Shown piece after piece: positions 11,629 to 23,336 of a DNA stretch of 64,000 nt. The translations under genes and the position numbers were made by a program. The notes beneath the pieces are model-generated. The model searched no databases and was not told the origin of the DNA. It worked only from the letters and a program-made list of their open reading frames with translations. The stretch lies in the NCBI RefSeq assembly GCF_963921235.1, contig NC_086097.1, positions 17,112,001 through 17,176,000 on the forward strand, written 5' to 3'. Positions within the stretch are counted from its first letter, which is position 1. Each line of letters begins with the position of its first letter. The stretch is from Mobula hypostoma. Taxonomy: Eukaryota.

Positions 11629-11684
11629 CTAAATCGGAATCAAAACTGCACACAATGCTCAAAGTTAGGCCTCAGCGACACCTC

Positions 11685-12240
11685 AGAATCAGGATAAGGT
11701 TTAATATCATTGGCATATATTGTGAAATTTGTTAACTTTGCGGCAGCAGTACAGCGCAATACATGATAATAGAAAAAAATTGTGAATTACTAAGAATAGA
11801 TACATTAAATAGTTAAATTAAATAAGTAGTCAAAAAATAAGAAATAAGAAAGTAGCGTTTACGGGTTCAATGTCCATTTAGAAATCAGATGGCAGAGGGG
11901 AAGAAGCTGTTCTTGAATCGCTGAGTGTGTGCCTTCAGGCTCCTGTACATCCTCCCTCATGAGAAGAGGGCATGGCATGGGTGATGGGGTCCTTAATGAT
12001 GGATGCCGCCTTTCCAAGGCACCACTCCTTGAAGATGTCCTGGATACTACAGAGGCTGGTGCCTATGATGAAGCTGACTAAGTTTACAACTCTCTGCAGT
12101 TTATTTCGATACGATGCAGTAGCTCCACCTCCCCCCACACCCCCATACCAGACGGTGATGCAGCCAGTCAGAAAGCTCTCCACAGTACATCTGCGGAAAT
12201 TTGCGAGTGTCTTTAATGACATACCAAATCTCTTCAATCT
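11685..12240 (-). mobile_element. Rex1/Babar LINE 3' part
   Basis: KRFGMSLKTLANFRRCTVESFLTGCITVWYG motif (ORF 11935-12237) followed by 3' UTR. Confidence 0.85.
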
Positions 12241-12436
12241 ACTTACTCTGCATTTCTAAAACATTAACACTGTGAACAGGTTGGAAGAATGTATGTCAGT
12301 GCATTCGTTTATTTGACGTTAGCTTAATAGGACCCGATGTTTATTTTTCAAAACACTAATTGTTGATGCCTGCATTTGTATGAAACTACCTGAAGTGAAG
12401 AGATCACAAAGCATGATACAGTGTATTATTAAAAAG

Positions 12437-12743
12437 TAAAGGCATCCGTTAGTCTTGCGAGACCATGGATCTGCGCCTGGAAAGTCTTCACTCTCCAGGG
12501 TGCAGGCCTGGGCAAGGTTGTATGGAAGACCAGCAGTTGCCCATGCTGCAAGTCTCCCTTCTCCACGACACCAATGTTGTCCAAGGGAAGTGCATTAGGA
12601 CCCATACAGCTTGGCACCAATGTTGTCGCAGAGCAATGTGGGATTAAGTGCCTTGCTCAAGGACACCACATGTTGCCTCGGCTGGGGCTCGAACTCATGA
12701 CCTTCAGGTCGCTAGTCCAATGCCTTAACCACTTGGCCACGTG
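12437..12743 (-). mobile_element. tRNA-head CORE-like SINE with RTE-type tail, inverted sister of 10023-10330
   Basis: Reverse complement matches 10023-10330 over its full length; flanking TATTATTA duplication (12424-31, 12744-51). Confidence 0.85.
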
Positions 12744-12763
12744 TATTATTACTGGAATAACTA

Positions 12764-13132
12764 ATCATCATTGTGTGCCGTGTTGTATGACATGGACGAT
12801 CATGTTCTTGCAACATGATTGTTTTGACATATTTTTCTACAGAAGTGGCCAGTTTCTTCTGGGCACTGTCTTTACAAGACTGGTGACCCCAACAACAATC
12901 AATACTCTTCAGAGATTGCCTGCCTGGCGTCAGTGGTCACATAACCAGGACCTTTGATATGCACTAGCTGCTCATACAACCATCCGCCGCCTGCTCCCAT
13001 GGCTTCATGTGACCCCAATTGGAGGGGCTAAGCAGGTGCTACACCTTGCCCAAGGGTGACCTGCAGGCTAGCAGAGGGGAGGAGCATTTTACACATCTTT
13101 TGGTAGAGATTTATTTCCACCCTGCCACCCAA
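12764..13132 (-). mobile_element. RTE-related non-autonomous family Y, copy 1
   Basis: Shared with 17128-17362(+), 35455-35757(-) and 48446-48820(+); (TGA)n-like tail. Confidence 0.75.
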
Positions 13133-13419
13133 AGTGGAATATAGTATGTTATCTAAGTTTGAGTTGACATTTACTACTACTCACCAAAAATGTCTTCAAA
13201 AAGCAGAGCCTCAAGAAGGCGGCATCCATTATAAAAGACCCTCACTATCTAGGACAAGGCCTCTTCTCATTACTTCAGCCAAGATGGAATGGTGGTTCGG
13301 ATTTGATGGGCCAAATAGCCTAATTCTTCTCCCATGTCTTCCAATCTATGGAGGCCAATATATTTCTTCTCAAACGTGGGCAAGATGTAAGGAGATGGTA
13401 CTTTTGAGAGAGGCAGAAG

Positions 13420-13640
13420 TAATCACCTGTGAGTGAATTTCCAGACTCTCTCCAAAGAATTGAGCACTGATGCATCATGGACTCTTTAGTACAGTACTGA
13501 GGGAGTGATGTACTGTCAGAAATGCCACATTTCACGAGCTTTGCCTGCTCTTCAAATGAATGTGAAAGATCTCTTCGTGACCCAGCAAACAGCCCATAGT
13601 GTTATTTTGAGAAGATCATGGAAACTGTGTGGTGTGTTCA
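13420..13640 (+). mobile_element. Ancient Deu-domain SINE remnant (SacSINE1/AmnSINE1-like)
   Basis: GTACAGTACTGAGGGAGTG.TG.ACTGTC.GA..TGCC resembles the recalled Deu core; an L2-type tail fragment (TACTTAATTGGCTGTAAA) lies at about 14040-14100. Confidence 0.5.
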
Positions 13641-13669
13641 TTTGGTGCTTATCAGAGCTGGCAACATAC

Positions 13670-13763
13670 TTTGTCCAAGTATTCCTCTGCTTTGTCTTGC
13701 CCTTCGCTCCCCACGAAGCTTTGCAGAACTGCCTTCCTGGCCATTGGATCTCATCCTCCCAGT
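13670..13763 (-). other. Candidate 94-nt exon
   Basis: Branch-like CTAAC then gtctgttctgtcAG acceptor; donor AAA|GTATGT; two ATGs (13754, 13744) open frames that run through the two downstream candidate exons. Confidence 0.45.
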
Positions 13764-14184
13764 CTGACAGAACAGACTTTGCATGTTAGGACAGGCATGT
13801 CCCTATCTCATGGGGTTTGAGGTCCACCCCCACTTGCTTTAGCCCACTGTCGAAGCTGCATACTGGGGCATGGCTGCTGTCGCATGCAAACAGCTGATTG
13901 GAATGGAGAGCTTAGTGCCCGGTGGGGAACAAAGGTGAGTGACCTGTCCCAGAACGGACACAACAAGCCCCTTCCCCAGAGTTGCGACCCTTCCCTAGAC
14001 GGCACTATATTACTACAGCACCTAATGCTGAACAGAGAATACTTAATTGGCTGTAAATCACCTTGGCATGTCCTAAGGTTGTGAAGATAACAAATAAACA
14101 TACCATTATTTCATAATTTTTTTTCAAATTTAGAGCTACAGCATGGTAACAGGCCCTTTTTTATTTATTAATTTTGTATTTATA

Positions 14185-14735
14185 AATTTACGAATGTAGT
14201 TGTCGCCAGCTAAGCCAGCGTTTATTGCCCATGCCTGGCTGCCCTTGAGAAGGTGGTGATGAGTTGTCTTCGTAAACCTCACATTCCCTGAGGTGTAGGT
14301 ACATTCACAATGCTGTTAGGGAGGGAATTCCATGATTTTGACCCAGCGACAATGAAGGAATGGCGATATGTTTCCGAGTCAGGATGGTGAGTAACTTGGA
14401 GGGGGATTCCCAAGTGGTAGTGGTCCCAGATATCTGCTGTTCTCGTCCTTCCAGATGGTAGTGGTCGTGGCTCTGGAAGGTGCTGCCTTAGGAACTCTGG
14501 TGTGTTGTTGCAGTGCATCTTGTAAGTAGTTCATCAATGGTGGAGGGGTTAGATGCTAGTGGAAGGGGTACCAATCAAGTGGGCTGCCTTGTACTGGATG
14601 GTGTCGAGCTTCCTGAGTGTTGATGGAGCTGCACTCATCCAGGTGAGTGGTGAGTATTCCATTACACTCCTGACCTGAGCCTTGTAGATGGTGGACAGGC
14701 TTTGGGGAGTCAGGAGGTGAATTACACGCCACAGG
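14185..14735 (-). mobile_element. CR1/L2-group LINE 3' part (distinct family)
   Basis: LSTIYKAQVRSVMEYSPLTWMSAAPSTLRKLDTIQ and SFIVAGSKSWNSLPNS motifs; decayed relatives near 10870-11000 and 27270-27660. Confidence 0.8.
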
Positions 14736-15127
14736 TCCAATGAACCTGCGCCACCAAATTTGCTCACATGACCAATTAACCCACTAACCTGTACATTTTT
14801 GGAACATGGAGCATTTAGTGCATCCAGAGGAATCCCACGCGGTCATCGGAGAACGTACAAATTCCTTACAGATAGCACCAGGAATTGAACCAGGTTGTTG
14901 GCACTGTAACTATATATGCTAACCACTACACTGCCATGCTTCCCCATTGTAATTGGTCATGTTAATACAGTGAGGATAGATTTAAGTTGGAATCGTACTT
15001 TGATCCCAGCTGCAGTGCACCTTTGCTTCCTGGGACAGGCAGGCATTCCAAACAATGAGCCTCCAGAAGGTCCTCCGTATTTTCAGGTCAAGAAAGATCC
15101 CCAACCACACCCTACTCTTTCAGTATC

Positions 15128-15368
15128 ATTGAGAGGACATGGGCACAGGATGAGAAGAGAGACCATCACAATCATCAAGACAGCATTTCATTGGACCCCT
15201 GAAGGGCAGATGAAACACGAGAGACAACTTGGCACCATACCGCAGAGGCAGAAATAAGGACCCTGAACCACACCTGGGGCACAATAGAGAAGATGGCCAA
15301 GGATAGACAGAGATGGAGGACATTCATTGCTGCCCGAGATGCCAGCAGTGTAATGGGCAGTAACTAAC
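15128..15368 (+). mobile_element. RTE LINE 3' end fragment
   Basis: GH.MRRE..TIIKTAFHWTPEG motif; tail shared with the end of 39300-39725. Confidence 0.7.
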
Positions 15369-16724
15369 AGACATGCAGGATATTGACTGGCAACCTCAGC
15401 TGTCTTTCATGTCTTTTAAGAATTTAGCCTATGTGCCAGTTCTGGGGGAAAAAAAACTCACATCATTTGCCAGAAAATACTGCTGTTCATTCGTTCTCTT
15501 TCTTCTGAACCAGAGATAACATTCACCAAACTTATAAATATTCCTCCACAGCCTGTTTAAATCATTCCCTCAATCCAAACAAAAATAGGCAAATGTTTTA
15601 ACAAGCGCACACATTGAGCGCATGTGACTTGATCTCAATAACGCGTTGCTGTCTCCAGCTGACATTTGGAAGTATGTTGGCTACATTTTATCTGTGTTCA
15701 AAATGGAAGAAGCAAATTGAATTATTTAGTTCATTTCAACGTGAGCAATGTCTGATTTGGTAGGAGGAGGAGGAGGAGGATAAGAATTAGGGGCAGTATG
15801 TGATTCCACAGTAAGAGGGAAAAACAGGAGGCCTTTTCAGTACATGAATTAGTCAATTAATCTGCAAAAATATATAAAGGCTTTTTCGTATCAAATACTC
15901 AAATTAAGGTATAATTTTCAGGAAGCAGATAAAGTGTAAGATTCATGCAAAGGAGGCTGTTTTTTTAAAAAAAATGGATCATTGTAAGTTATTGGTAATT
16001 TGAAACTGCTGCATGGTCCAGCTCAATGACCCCGAGCGATGGGTCATAAACTTACAGAAGGACCAAATCAGTCAGCTCTTGACAATGAAGAGGGAACATA
16101 AGTGGGAAGAGAGGAGGGGAGTGGGGGGAGGGGAGGAGAAAGGGTTATCCTGAGGCTGGAGGAGGAAGAGGTTCTGTAAAAAAAACACACAGATGTTGGA
16201 AGATCAAAGCTTTTGACATCAAAGCCCTAGAGAAGCAGAAGCCACATGTTCGATGAGGCAGAAAGCCTGTGTTGAGGTGAATAATGGAATGTGAAATGAT
16301 TCTTACAGCCCTCTTAGTAGACACATGAATTAATGACTTTTTGTTTCTGGAAAAATAACATGCTTTTCTTTGCAAAACATGGAATCTGCAAGGTGGAAGT
16401 ATTTGCTGATATATTCACATGTACGAAATTTGGGTTAAAAATATGCCTTCATGTTTCCTGTTTTGATGTGAAGGAAGATGCTTTCTGTCTGTTAGGTTGA
16501 CTCCATCTGGATTGAAGATTTTTGTTTCATTTGCAGTACAAAGCCTGGTCTTATCACAATCTCTGTACACACTCACACATTTGTATTTGTTAACCAGTGT
16601 TCACTTCAGAAATCTGGTCTGGTGTACACCCACCATCTTTAATTTATGTTGCAGCCTCCGCAAAAATATCCCAATATGTTTTGCATGAGTGACATCAAAT
16701 CGGAGTATTGAAGCTAAAACGTAT

Positions 16725-17700
16725 AAGGAGTTTTTAGGTCAGGTGAGTAGAGGCTTGGTCAGAGATGAGTTGGGATGTTATGTTAAGAACGATGGTGATG
16801 CCAGTTATGAAGTATTGTGTGCAGTTCTGGTTACCTGGCTACAGGAAAGATAGTAATAAGATTGAAAGAGTACCAGAAAAAATTATAAGGATGTTAACGT
16901 AGAATATAGAACATAGAACAGTACAACACAGGTATTTTGGCCCATGATGTTGTGCTGACCTTTTAACCTACTCTAAGATTAATCCAACCCTTCCCTCCCA
17001 CATAGCCTTCCATTTTTCTTTTGTCCATCTTCCTGGGACTTGAGGACCTGAGTTATAGAGAAAGGTTGAATAGATTAGGAGTTCATTCCTTGGAGTACAG
17101 GGGAAATTTGATAGAGGTATGTTTAATTTGGGTGGTGGGATGGAGATACGTTACTACCAAAGCAGGTGTAAGGCCTTCCTTCCCTCTGCCAGCCTGCAGG
17201 TCACCCTTGGGCAGGGTGTAACAGGTCACCTGTTATGCAAAGACGCTGCCCAGAAGAAGGCAAAGGCAAACCACTTCTGTAGAAGAATTTGCCAAGAACA
17301 ATCGGTCATGGAAAGACCATGATTATCTATGTCATATGACACAACACATAATGAATGAATGATATTTAATTATGAGGGATATAGAAAGTTTAAACACAAG
17401 CAGGCTTTTGCCACTGAATTTGGGTGAGACTACCAGAAGTTATAGGATAGGGGTGAAAGGTGAAATATTTAAGGAAACCTGAGGGGAAAATTCTTCACTC
17501 AGTGGGTGGTGAGAGTGTAGAATGAGCTACCAACAAAAGTAGTGGATTTGGGTTCAATTAAGAGAAGTTTGGATGGGAGGGATATGGAGGGGTATGGTCT
17601 GGTGTGGGTCAATGAGACTGCACAGAATAACATTTCGGAATGGACTAGATGGGCCAATGACCTTGTTTCTGCACTGTAGTGCTCTTTGACTCTATGACTC
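16725..17700 (+). mobile_element. Decayed CR1 3' part with two nested insertions
   Basis: YCVQFW..YRKD and GLEDLSYRERLNRLG motifs; interrupted by a reversed CR1 tail (about 16900-17030) and family Y (17128-17362). Confidence 0.75.
17128..17362 (+). mobile_element. RTE-related non-autonomous family Y, internally deleted copy
   Basis: Matches start and end of 48446-48820. Confidence 0.7.
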
Positions 17701-17933
17701 TAACCTAACAAGGAAGAGATTAAAGAGGAAATGAGGTGTCAGGAGAAACTTCCGGAGCTTATGTTTTTAGGATTTTGCTGAAAACACAGCTATTAATGCA
17801 GAACCAATTACTGTTGCAGGCTAGAAATGCAGAAATGCAGGTACATCAGAAGATTACAGGACTGAAAGAGGTACAGAGATAGAGACTGGGGTGAAACTGG
17901 GGTGAGCCTGTGGAAGGATCTGAAAACAAGGAT

Positions 17934-20551
17934 CATCATCATTATCAGGTGCCATGCCCAGTCTGAGCTTTGACTGCCATGGCCCACACACTCCTGTTTT
18001 GGGTCAAGTGGATCAATTCATTGGTATTCATTTCCAGTTCTCTGACTGCTGTCTCCAACATCATTTGTCTTTGTCTTCCTCTTGCTTTCTTCCCTTCAAT
18101 CTTTCCCATAATTACCGTGCATTCTAACCCCTCTTTCCTAATCACATGTCCAATGAAGTTACGTTGCCTTTTCATGATCTCATACATTATCTCTCTTTTT
18201 TGTGTTTGCTCCGTTCATGACATCCTCGTTAGATATTCGTTTCGTCCATGATATTCTTTGCATCCTCCTCAAAAACCACATTTCTGCTGCTACAATTCGT
18301 TTCCTCACGTTACTAGATATTGTCCAACATTCTGAGCCATATAACATAACTGGATAAACGTAACATTTCAGTACTCTGAGGCGGGTTGTCATGCCTAGTT
18401 TACTATTGGTCAGTATACTCTTCGTTCTCTTAAAGGTGTCTTTTGCCATCCTTATTCTTCTTTTAATGTCCATGTCGCACCTGCCATCTGATGTCACCCA
18501 GCTTCCTAAGTAGCAAAAGTTCTGTACTTGCTTTATGTCTTCCCCGTTTATTCTCAGCCTGCAGATAGGATTCTCCTTCTTTTTAGATATCACCATACAT
18601 TCTTTCTTTTTGCAATTGATAGATAGTCCCATTTTTGCATTTTCTTCAACAATTATATCAGTTAAGTTTTGTAGTTATTCCTCCGTACTTGCAATTAATG
18701 AAGTGTCATCTGCATATCTAAAATTACTGATGTTTTCACTGCCAGCTTTGATTCCCAAGATGTCTCTTATTTTTTGGTAATATTGTCTCACTGTACCCAT
18801 TAAATACCGCACACCTTTGTCTAACACCTGTCTTGATTTTTGTAAACTGACTCACTTCTCCATCTATTCTTACAGCTGTGGTTTGTTCCCAGTACAGACT
18901 TCTGATTAGGCGAAGGTCTTTCTAATCTAGATCTAGATTTTTCTGTAATATTTCAAATAACTTATTGTGCTTCATTTTATCAAATGCTTTCGTGTAGTTG
19001 ATAAAACAAACAAACAAATCTTTTTGCACTTGAATAGCTTGTTCTGATAGTATCCTTAATATCAATACAGTATTGCGTTTCTTGTACCTTTGTCTTTCAC
19101 AAAGCCACATTGTTCTTTGCCTATTTCAGCTTGTATCTGGCAGCTTGTAGCTCTGTCATCAAACTTCTTTGAAGTATCCTGGTGATATGACTCATTAAAT
19201 TTATGGTCCTATGTAATTCACATTCTATTGCTCCAGGTTTCTTAGGAAGAGTGATAAATACTGATTTTTTTCATCTCTTCTGGTATTATTCCAGTCTCAT
19301 AAATGTCATTGATTAAATCAGTAAGTTTTTCAATTCCATAATCTTCAAGGGTGATAATTTGTTCTATTACTAATTCATCAGGACCTGTTGCCTTTCCTTT
19401 CTTCACCTTATTTATTGCATTACGAACTTCAGATTTTAAAATACTTGGACCTTCAATGTTTTTCTTAATTTCTGGTTTTTCACCTCGATCATCTTCAAAC
19501 AATTCCTGAATATACTCAGTCTATCTGTTCATAATCTCATCTTTTTCCATGATAATGGTACCGTCCTTTGCTTTCAAACATCCACCTGAAGAACAGAGGA
19601 GCTTTTTACCGGTGATATTCTTGATTTGTTGATGTAACCTTTTTGGATCAGTAATAGGGATTCTTTCTATTTGCTCACATTCCTGGTTTAACCATTCTTC
19701 TTTGGCTTTTTGACATAAGCTTTTAACTTTTTTATCTAAGGACTTTTTTCTATAGGATTTGCTTTCTTCCGTCTCCTTTCTTCCATTACATTTTTGATTT
19801 CATCTGTCATCCATTTATTCTTTGTGCTTTTTCCTTTTTTAGGAATCACTGACTTTGCTGATTCTACCAAGGCATCCTTTAGAGAGTTAAACTTCATTTC
19901 TACATGATTGCTATCATCTTCAACAAATTCTATTTCTAGACTTGGAAATCTATTCCTTAATTCAATTGTAAATTTTTGTCTTAAGTTTTCCTCTTTAATT
20001 AATTGTAGTGAAAGGATTGTTCAGGTTTTTGCTTCTTTAGTTTTTTAAGTTTTACTTTTACATGACATACTACTGGGTTATGGTCACTATTACAGTCTGC
20101 ACCTGGATATGTTTTGCATTGAGTCACTGAGTTTCTAAATCTTTGGCTTATAGTAATAAAGTCAATTTGATTTCTAGTGTTATCACCTGGACTTTTCCAG
20201 GTCCCCATGCATCTTGGATAGTCTTTAAAGTAGGTATTCATAATGACCTGATTATTCATCTTGTACTATTCTACCCATTTCTCACCTCATTCATTTCTTT
20301 CCCCAAGACCAAATTTTCCTATGGTATTTCCATCAGCACCTTGTCCTACTTTAGATCTCCCATGACAATAACAATATCTTGAGATTTGCATCCATTCTTT
20401 GCTTGTTCAAGCTCTTCATAGAATTTATCCATATCTTCATTTGTTCCATCTGTCGTTGGTGCATATACCTGTATAATTGCTAAATCAAATGGTTGTCCTC
20501 TGAATCTAACAAGGAGCATTCTTTCTGATATTGCCCAATGTCCTGAAACAC
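17934..20551 (-). mobile_element. RTE-clade LINE, 5'-truncated in the endonuclease, frameshifted
   Basis: Endonuclease (TWKSPGDNTRNQIDFI, ADCNSDHNPV), KATGPD, RT C-terminus (FCYLGSWVTSDG, LYGSECWT, AEMWFLRRM.RISW), (TGA)n tail; 7-bp duplication CAAGGAT at 17927-33 and 20552-58; sits in an old L2-like remnant. Confidence 0.93.
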
Positions 20552-20799
20552 CAAGGATAAGAATTTTAAAAGGGAGACTTTGATGAACCAGGGGTCAATG
20601 TAGGTCAACAGTTACAGGGGTAATGAGTGAACTAGATACGGGGGAAGTTAGGATAAGTGCGGCAGAGCATGTCCTCAGATTAATGGAAACTATTGAAGGA
20701 GGACAGCCCTGAATCTTTGGAGCAGTCAGATCTGGAGCTAACAGAGTCACATTCATATAGGAATGATTAGGTGGGCACTACTGAATATCAAGCATCTGA

Positions 20800-21250
20800 A
20801 TGCACCAGAAATGAGAAGCAATATTTATCTAGCTTGTTTCACTAATTTCAAGTTGACCTAAAATAATTTATAGTCAATGAAGTAAGGTTAAACTGCAACC
20901 TGTAGTGTGATACAGGCAACATGGCATTCAGATTACTTAAAGCATGTGTTGACAAACAGCAAAATGATAATTACCAGTCCATCTCTTGTTTTGCAGTGTT
21001 TGGTAGAGGCAGTAGTAATGGCTAAAACAGTGCAGGATAACTCTCACTTTCTTCAAAAATTTCACAGGACCTTCTGTATTCACATGAGAAGGCAAATATG
21101 GGCTGCAGTTAAATAATTCATCTGGCTGTTGCCATCTACCCAGATTGGCAATGGATCATCAGCTAAAATCATGCGCTGAGATCTTTGTAACAGGACTCGA
21201 AACTGTACCCATCTGAACCAGGGATGAGACTGCTAGCCACCTCTGCTGTG
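20800..21250 (-). mobile_element. Ancient Deu-domain SINE remnant
   Basis: tRNA-like head at about 21190-21240 and central region resembling the recalled SacSINE1-type consensus; further piece at about 22720-22830. Confidence 0.5.
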
Positions 21251-21334
21251 ATAGTTATCAGCACTACAACAAGCTAAGTGAAAGGGGACAGTGGTGCCTT
21301 GGCAGGGGCTGTGGTTACGGTGGTAAATCATAGA

Positions 21335-21765
21335 GTGAGTGAGTGATGGCATCTGTCTGTTTCAAAGGACAATGGATAGCAGCACTAGAGTGACCTTTTC
21401 GGGGCCCAAACCTGTGGGCGGAAGCTATGGAGATCCTGGGATGCCAGATCCTCAAGATCTCCCTCTTGGCCTCACCGGTGTAGTTCAAAGGAAAGCTTAT
21501 GAGGCAATACTTTTGGCACCAACTTGGCTGCAGGAGCTGCTGGAAGGATACTCAGTGATGTCCAGCCAGCTCAGAGGCTCCACTCCGGATTTTCTATCTG
21601 GGGTTACTCACATGGCCTTTTTCTCTCCTGAGGCTGCCCACAAGACAGTGGGGCTATTTACCCATAGCTAGGGATCTGTCTGGTTCACGAACACCAGGTC
21701 GTGTCCACACATTGGTGGGCCTACGTGTGATGTATGCAGGGGCCAGACCTCTTTCCCGTCCTCTA
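21335..21765 (-). mobile_element. RTE-derived non-autonomous element
   Basis: RTE-like 5' region motifs (GAGTAACCCCAGATAGAAAATCCGGAGTGGAGCC on minus strand) and (CACT)n tail; no ORF. Confidence 0.5.
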
Positions 21766-21772
21766 TAGTAAA

Positions 21773-22695
21773 TCATAAGACCATCCATAAGATATAGGAA
21801 CTGAATTAGACCATTTGGCCCATTGAGTCTTCTCCAACATTCCATCTCATTCCATCTTTATTTTCCTTCTCAACTAGGGTTGCCAACTGTCCTGTATTAG
21901 CTGGTACATCCCATATATTGAGCTAAATTGGTTTGTCCCATACGGGACCACCCTTGTCCCGTATTTCCCCCGCTAATGTAGAGCGTTCCTATGAAACCTT
22001 TCGTGCCGAAATGGTGTAAAGCAAAGAAGCAATTACCATTAATTTATATGGGAAAAATTTTTGAGCGTTCCCAGACCCAAAAAATAGCCTACCAAATCAT
22101 ACCAAATAAAACATAAAACAGAAAATAACACTAACATATAGTAAAAGCAGGAATGATATGATAAATACACAGCCTATATAAAGTAGAAATAATGTATGTA
22201 CAGTATAGTTTCACTGAACAGGATCGCCAAAACCGATTTGTAGAAAAAAATCGGCACGTACACGCATGCGCATGTCATAATGCACACGTCATGCACGCGC
22301 ACACAGGTGCCCGCGCAAGGCTTCATAGTCATGGTAGTCTTTCTCGGGGTTAACACAAGTGTCCCGTATTTGACTGCTACTTTTGTCCCTTATTTGGGAG
22401 TGAGAAAGTTGGCAACCCTACTAGTCTCAACCCCATTCTTCTGCCTTCTCCCCATGACTTTTTATGCCTTTACTAAACAGGAACCTATCAACCTCCACTT
22501 CAAATATACCCAATGACCTGGCCATCACAGCTGTCTGCGGCAATGAATTCCATAGATTCAGAACCCCTGGCAAAAGAAATTGCTCCTCATCTCTGTTCTA
22601 CAGGGGTGTCCTTCTGTTCTAAGGCTGTGCCCCCTGGACCTAGATTCCCCCAGAATCGGAAATATCCTGTCCATGTCTACTCTATCCAGTCCTTG
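21773..22695 (-). mobile_element. CR1 3' fragment (family D) interrupted by a hAT-like element
   Basis: CATAAGA..CATAAGATATAGGA tail; similar to 32398-32880 and to the reverse complement of 28300-28640. Confidence 0.75.
21875..22420. mobile_element. Non-autonomous hAT-like DNA transposon
   Basis: 14-bp TIRs TAGGGTTGCCAACT / AGTTGGCAACCCTA; flanking duplication TCTCAAC; subterminal TGTCCCNTATT repeats. Confidence 0.85.
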
Positions 22696-23266
22696 CAATA
22701 CTCGACCAGGCTACTTCACCTTGGTCAGGACACCAGAAATTACTCTTCTTGAAGCAGGAATCCATGAGGGCAGATGGGGCCCTGATTTAACACTTCGTCC
22801 GATAGATCGTACCTCTAACTCTGCAGCTCACCTAAGGAACAAAACTGACGTATCAGGCTAGCAGTTTTCCAGTTAAGTTCCTGACGTGTGATGCATACTT
22901 GCAATCTTCTGAATTAAAGTCAGGAGTATGACACTGACCCATCCATGGCTGACAGTTAGAAATGAGTGAAAGTAATGAGGCATGAACCGAAGACATTGAT
23001 CCAAGTAATTATTCCGCTCAAATTATAATCTACTAAAATGCCATTTAGAAACTCAGTTGACCAAACTAGCATGTTCTGATTTTATCTTTCCTGTTTTCCT
23101 GAGATGTATGCTATAAATATCTGATTCATGGCAATCTTTAATATTGCTAGACAACTTATTAGGATATTATAATTCTTGTGAGTAGGTGATGTGAGAATAT
23201 TTAATTATCTGCTTTGAAACTGGAATGGAGACAATATTAAAAAGAGTATCATTATCAAATATGGTA

Positions 23267-23328
23267 CAGTGCAAAGGTCTTAGGCACATTTATATAGCTA
23301 GGGCACCTGAGACTTCTGCACATTACTG
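23267..23328. mobile_element. Tiny Tc1-type hairpin MITE
   Basis: TA-flanked imperfect palindrome CAGTGCAAAGGTCTTAGGCAC..GCACCTGAGACTTCTGCACATTACTG. Confidence 0.7.
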
Positions 23329-23336
23329 TATTTGTT

